Source of the DNA: a virus
Lineage: Duplodnaviria; Caudoviricetes
Length of the DNA: 64,000 bases
IMG/VR virus record: IMGVR_UViG_2974622612_000001
Span: 6,031-70,030 of that record
Strand: one strand, 5' to 3'
This document shows positions 60,645 through 64,000 of the stretch, one piece after another. Each line of letters begins with the position of its first letter. Position 1 is the first letter of the stretch. Position numbers and translations under genes: made by a program. The notes under the pieces are model-generated. The model was not told the origin of the DNA. It saw only the letters and a program-made list of their open reading frames with translations, and did no database searches.

Positions 60645-63390
60645 GAAGAAACAACCTCGTTCACTTTCACCCTTCCGAGACAGTTGGAAGCTGTATCGGA
60701 AGGCGAATTGGTTTGGAACGCTGCCGCTTCCAGCGAAGAAGAAGAACCCGCCACCGACAGGCTTCACCGGTCACGCGGCACCTTGGCCGCAGAAGGCCGA
60801 GTTTGAACGTTGGCTCAACGGCGAGGACGCCGACAAATACCGTCGCGGCAACATCTGCCTACGGCTGGGCGGCGTTGATTCCGAGTATGAAGTCATCGGA
60901 ATAGACGTAGACCATTACCTCAAGGGAGACAAGGAAAAACGTGGTGGAGAACAGCTACAAGCACTTGAGAATGCACATGGTCCGCTGCCTGATACGTGGA
61001 TTAGTTCGGCGCGAACTGACGGCGTATCCGGCATTCGATATTACCGGGTCCCTAGAGGGCTGGCATTTCGAGGTCAGGTCGAAAAAGACATCGAATGCAT
61101 CCAGAAGGGCCACAGATTCGCAGTCGTTTGGCCGTCGTTCAACCCCGACTCTCAGAGCGATTACTGGTGGTTTCCACCAGGAACGCCGCTCACAACGCAG
61201 GGCAGGCTAGCTTGGACGCCGGGGGAAATCCCTGACGCAAAACAACTTCCGCTACTGCCCGACCAATGGATCGACTTCCTGACGCGTGGCCGCATGGAAG
61301 CGGGCAAGGTCGAAATCGACATGGATTCGTCGGTTGACGACATCTATGCGTGGGCCGATGAGAAATTCGGTAAAGACGAAGACATGTGCTTTCGGATGAA
61401 AGAGAAGGCCGAGACTCATGTGAAAAAGATCGAAACCGAAGCCACATCGCATCCTCTGTTGATTGCTGCTCACCGCAACATCTTTCATTTGGCCTGTGAA
61501 GGGCACAAGGGGTGGGCATCTGCCGTCAACATGATTGAACAGGCGTTCGTGAAAGTTGTCACTGAGCGTGATAAACGATCTATCGATGAACTGCGTGGAG
61601 AAATTTTCCGCAGCAGAATCAACGGACTCCGCAAAGCCAAGGCAACCGTGGACGCCAAGATTGCTGCCGGTGCCGAGGGCGTACCGGCTCGCGATCTGGA
61701 ATGTGGGTCCAACGACGACCAGGGCATACCGCTGTTGGGAGGGTCGGCATCCCCGCCAGGGTCGAACCTGTTCGACATTCCACGAAAACAAAGCAGTCCT
61801 GCGTCGGAATACAGACAAAACGACGATGGCAACGCGGATCACTTCATAGACATCTGGTCCGATGCAAACGTGGGACCGGCTGTGCGCTACGTCGAAGGCT
61901 ATGGCTGGCTGATTTGGCACAACGGCGATCACGGTGAGCGTCAACCACACTGGGAAGTGGACCCCGAGGGTCAAGGCACCATGCGCCAGATGTTTCGATA
62001 CGTGCGCGACAAGCAAGAAGACTACGCCGAGAACCTGCACGTTGATTACGTCAATGCAGCACGTGCGCTCGCGCAGCAGACACCAGGCGTGAGCGCACAG
62101 GATGTGCGTGACGCCAAGAGTGCATGGAGTGCGTGGAACAAGTTCGCGCAGTCGAGTGGAAACAATCGCAACGCAGACAACGCGATCAAAGCGATTCGTA
62201 CGCACGCTGGCATCTGTGTGGACATCAATAAGTTGGATGCACGGCCTGAGTTGCTTGGTGTCGCCAACGGTGTGATTGAACTCAACCCCGATGGCGCGAA
62301 GCTGCGACCAGCAGAGCCAGAGGATTACATCACGCTTAACACTGGTGTACCTTGGCTTGACCCGAAAGAGATTCCAAACACAGGCCAGAAGCTCTGGAAT
62401 GACTATCTTGACAAGTTTCTGCCGGATCAAGAGTACCGCAAGGTAGTACAGATGATCCTCGGTCACGCGTTGATCGGTGGAAACCCGCACAAGAAGCTGA
62501 TCTTCTTCCACGGACCTACGAACACAGGCAAATCGGTTTTGGCATCGATGCTCAATGAAGTGTTGGGCGACTACGCGAAGATGGTCAACAAGACCATTTT
62601 CCAGAATCACAAGCTCAATCCGATTCTGGCAGAAGCTTTGTCGAAGCGTGTAGTCATTCTCAACGAGATTTCGGGAGACAATCGCAACGGCTTCGCACCC
62701 GATGTAATTAAGTCGCTTTCTGGTGGATCGGATACGGTACAGGCAGAACTCAAGGGCAAGAACGCCACAGTTGATAAAATCCCGATGTTTCTGTCTATCG
62801 TTGTAACCAACGTGGCTCCCAGCATCGAAGGGCTTGACAAGGCTCTTATTGAACGTATCCGCGTCATCAATTTCGATCACTCTGAAGAAAACCCTGACGA
62901 CACAATCGCAGCACGAATGCGCAGAGAATCACCTGTGGCCGTGCTCAATTGGTTGATCGAAGGCTACAACCTGTACTGCAAGCAAGGCAGGCGCTTCCCA
63001 GAACACGAACGGATGCTGCAAGCGACCAAATCATTTACGTCATCCATGGACATGATTGCAGCGTTCATCGAAGACGAAGTTGAAACGCACACCCACATGG
63101 GACGCGTCAACGTGCGCTGGCAAGACAGTCCCGAATGGGTACTCACGCCAGCGCAGATGAATACGGCCTACGAACAGTGGTGCGAAACAAATAAGATTCC
63201 ACACAAGGAACGCATTTCTCAGTACCGACTCACTTCACGCCTACAGGAATTGGGATTCATTTACCGACAGGCGCGAATTCAGAAGAAATCCAGCAAGTAT
63301 TTCTTGGGCGTCAAACTCAAGCACAAACAATTCGGAACCAACGTCAAACCGGACGGCAGTCTGAATATCCCAGGAATCACAGGAGATTGA
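60631..63390 (+). CDS. Primase-polymerase / SF3 (D5-like) helicase fusion
   Basis: N-terminal IGIDVDH and SSART; RQNDDGNA, ELLGVANGVIEL, GPTNTGKS, ILNE, IVVTN. Confidence 0.9.
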   Translation: MSMPEKKQPRSLSPFRDSWKLYRKANWFGTLPLPAKKKNPPPTGFTGHAAPWPQKAEFERWLNGEDADKYRRGNICLRLGGVDSEYEVIGIDVDHYLKGDKEKRGGEQLQALENAHGPLPDTWISSARTDGVSGIRYYRVPRGLAFRGQVEKDIECIQKGHRFAVVWPSFNPDSQSDYWWFPPGTPLTTQGRLAWTPGEIPDAKQLPLLPDQWIDFLTRGRMEAGKVEIDMDSSVDDIYAWADEKFGKDEDMCFRMKEKAETHVKKIETEATSHPLLIAAHRNIFHLACEGHKGWASAVNMIEQAFVKVVTERDKRSIDELRGEIFRSRINGLRKAKATVDAKIAAGAEGVPARDLECGSNDDQGIPLLGGSASPPGSNLFDIPRKQSSPASEYRQNDDGNADHFIDIWSDANVGPAVRYVEGYGWLIWHNGDHGERQPHWEVDPEGQGTMRQMFRYVRDKQEDYAENLHVDYVNAARALAQQTPGVSAQDVRDAKSAWSAWNKFAQSSGNNRNADNAIKAIRTHAGICVDINKLDARPELLGVANGVIELNPDGAKLRPAEPEDYITLNTGVPWLDPKEIPNTGQKLWNDYLDKFLPDQEYRKVVQMILGHALIGGNPHKKLIFFHGPTNTGKSVLASMLNEVLGDYAKMVNKTIFQNHKLNPILAEALSKRVVILNEISGDNRNGFAPDVIKSLSGGSDTVQAELKGKNATVDKIPMFLSIVVTNVAPSIEGLDKALIERIRVINFDHSEENPDDTIAARMRRESPVAVLNWLIEGYNLYCKQGRRFPEHERMLQATKSFTSSMDMIAAFIEDEVETHTHMGRVNVRWQDSPEWVLTPAQMNTAYEQWCETNKIPHKERISQYRLTSRLQELGFIYRQARIQKKSSKYFLGVKLKHKQFGTNVKPDGSLNIPGITGD

Positions 63391-63391
63391 A

Positions 63392-63625
63392 ATGCGAGCA
63401 CACATCGTTGACGAAGACGCAGGCACACCGGCAGGCCGGTCCAACATCGTGATCGTGCTGCCCGATGGCCGCAGATGGGCGCGTGGGGACATGGACACGG
63501 CGCTCTACGAGGCGCGATGGGACGAGTACGACCGGTCGGGACGCTGGCTGCCGGAGCATGTGCTGACCGACGAGGAAGACCTGTGCCTGTTCGCCGAGTG
63601 GCTGTGGAAGCTCGGTCAAGCCTAG
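63392..63625 (+). CDS. Hypothetical protein
   Basis: GGAG RBS; operon fit. Confidence 0.6.
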   Translation: MRAHIVDEDAGTPAGRSNIVIVLPDGRRWARGDMDTALYEARWDEYDRSGRWLPEHVLTDEEDLCLFAEWLWKLGQA

Positions 63626-63628
63626 TTT

Positions 63629-63928
63629 TGTTTCAGATAAGTGAAACACTTAGGAAAAAGTGAAACACCTAAAACCGCAGGTCAAAGGCAGATTGTTTCA
63701 ATGTTTCAATGTTTCAGATTTTTCATAATTCTTCTCTACACGAGAACTCAGTACCCCAGGTATCGCACATATGTTCACTCGCGTTTTCACTGTGAGAGCC
63801 GACTGTGCGCAAAATCTGAAACAGTGACACAGCACAGCCTGAAAAACGCCTCTGACCTGCGACGATGGGGTGTTTCAACCTCCGTGGCGGGGTCTGCAAA
63901 AGTGAAACAGCGGCTCCAAACTGAAACA
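63629..63928. repeat. Array of 10 TGAAACA/TGTTTCA heptamers in an AT-richer non-coding region
   Basis: + strand at 63642, 63661, 63817, 63903, 63922; - strand at 63629, 63694, 63702, 63710, 63871. Confidence 0.8.
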
Positions 63929-64000
63929 GTTGGCTCGCGCCACCCTTCGTCAACCCGTCTCGCGCGTATAAGATGTAATCCAAGAAACTTTGGAGGTAAT

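Overview
The window is most of the genome of a GC-rich, lytic actinobacterial siphovirus, probably a mycobacteriophage. Every credible gene is on the + strand. The 2045-aa tape measure with an Rpf domain, DnaE, LGFP-repeat LysA and LysB suggest a Barnyard-like (cluster H-type) phage; this is an inference that needs BLASTN. No terminase, portal, integrase or repressor was recognised. Order: (1) 1-3.4 kb, an array of very basic small proteins, four with the same N-terminal motif; (2) 3.4-8.3 kb, stand-alone JAB/MPN protease, MuF-like protein, scaffold, decoration protein and capsid; (3) 8.3-25.7 kb, head-tail connectors, major tail, tail chaperones, tape measure and minor tails; (4) 25.7-30.4 kb, lysis cassette and a secreted serine hydrolase; (5) 30.4-38.1 kb, a repeat-rich non-coding region and an early-type small-gene cluster with DUF932; (6) 38-63.6 kb, replication/recombination genes (SNF2-like helicase, Cas4-like exonuclease, AAA ATPase, SSB-like protein, DnaE, RuvC-like resolvase, primase-helicase) and many small ORFs; (7) a terminal TGAAACA repeat array. 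Most interesting observations: the basic-protein array beside the JAB protease, two intergenic hairpins with a shared 14-nt loop and fully compensatory stems, a tRNA-like cloverleaf, a probable +1 frameshift in the tail chaperone, an unannotated R-S-E ADP-ribosyltransferase-like gene, and two repeat arrays that may be origin or packaging sites. Family assignments come from motifs read by eye, not from database searches.
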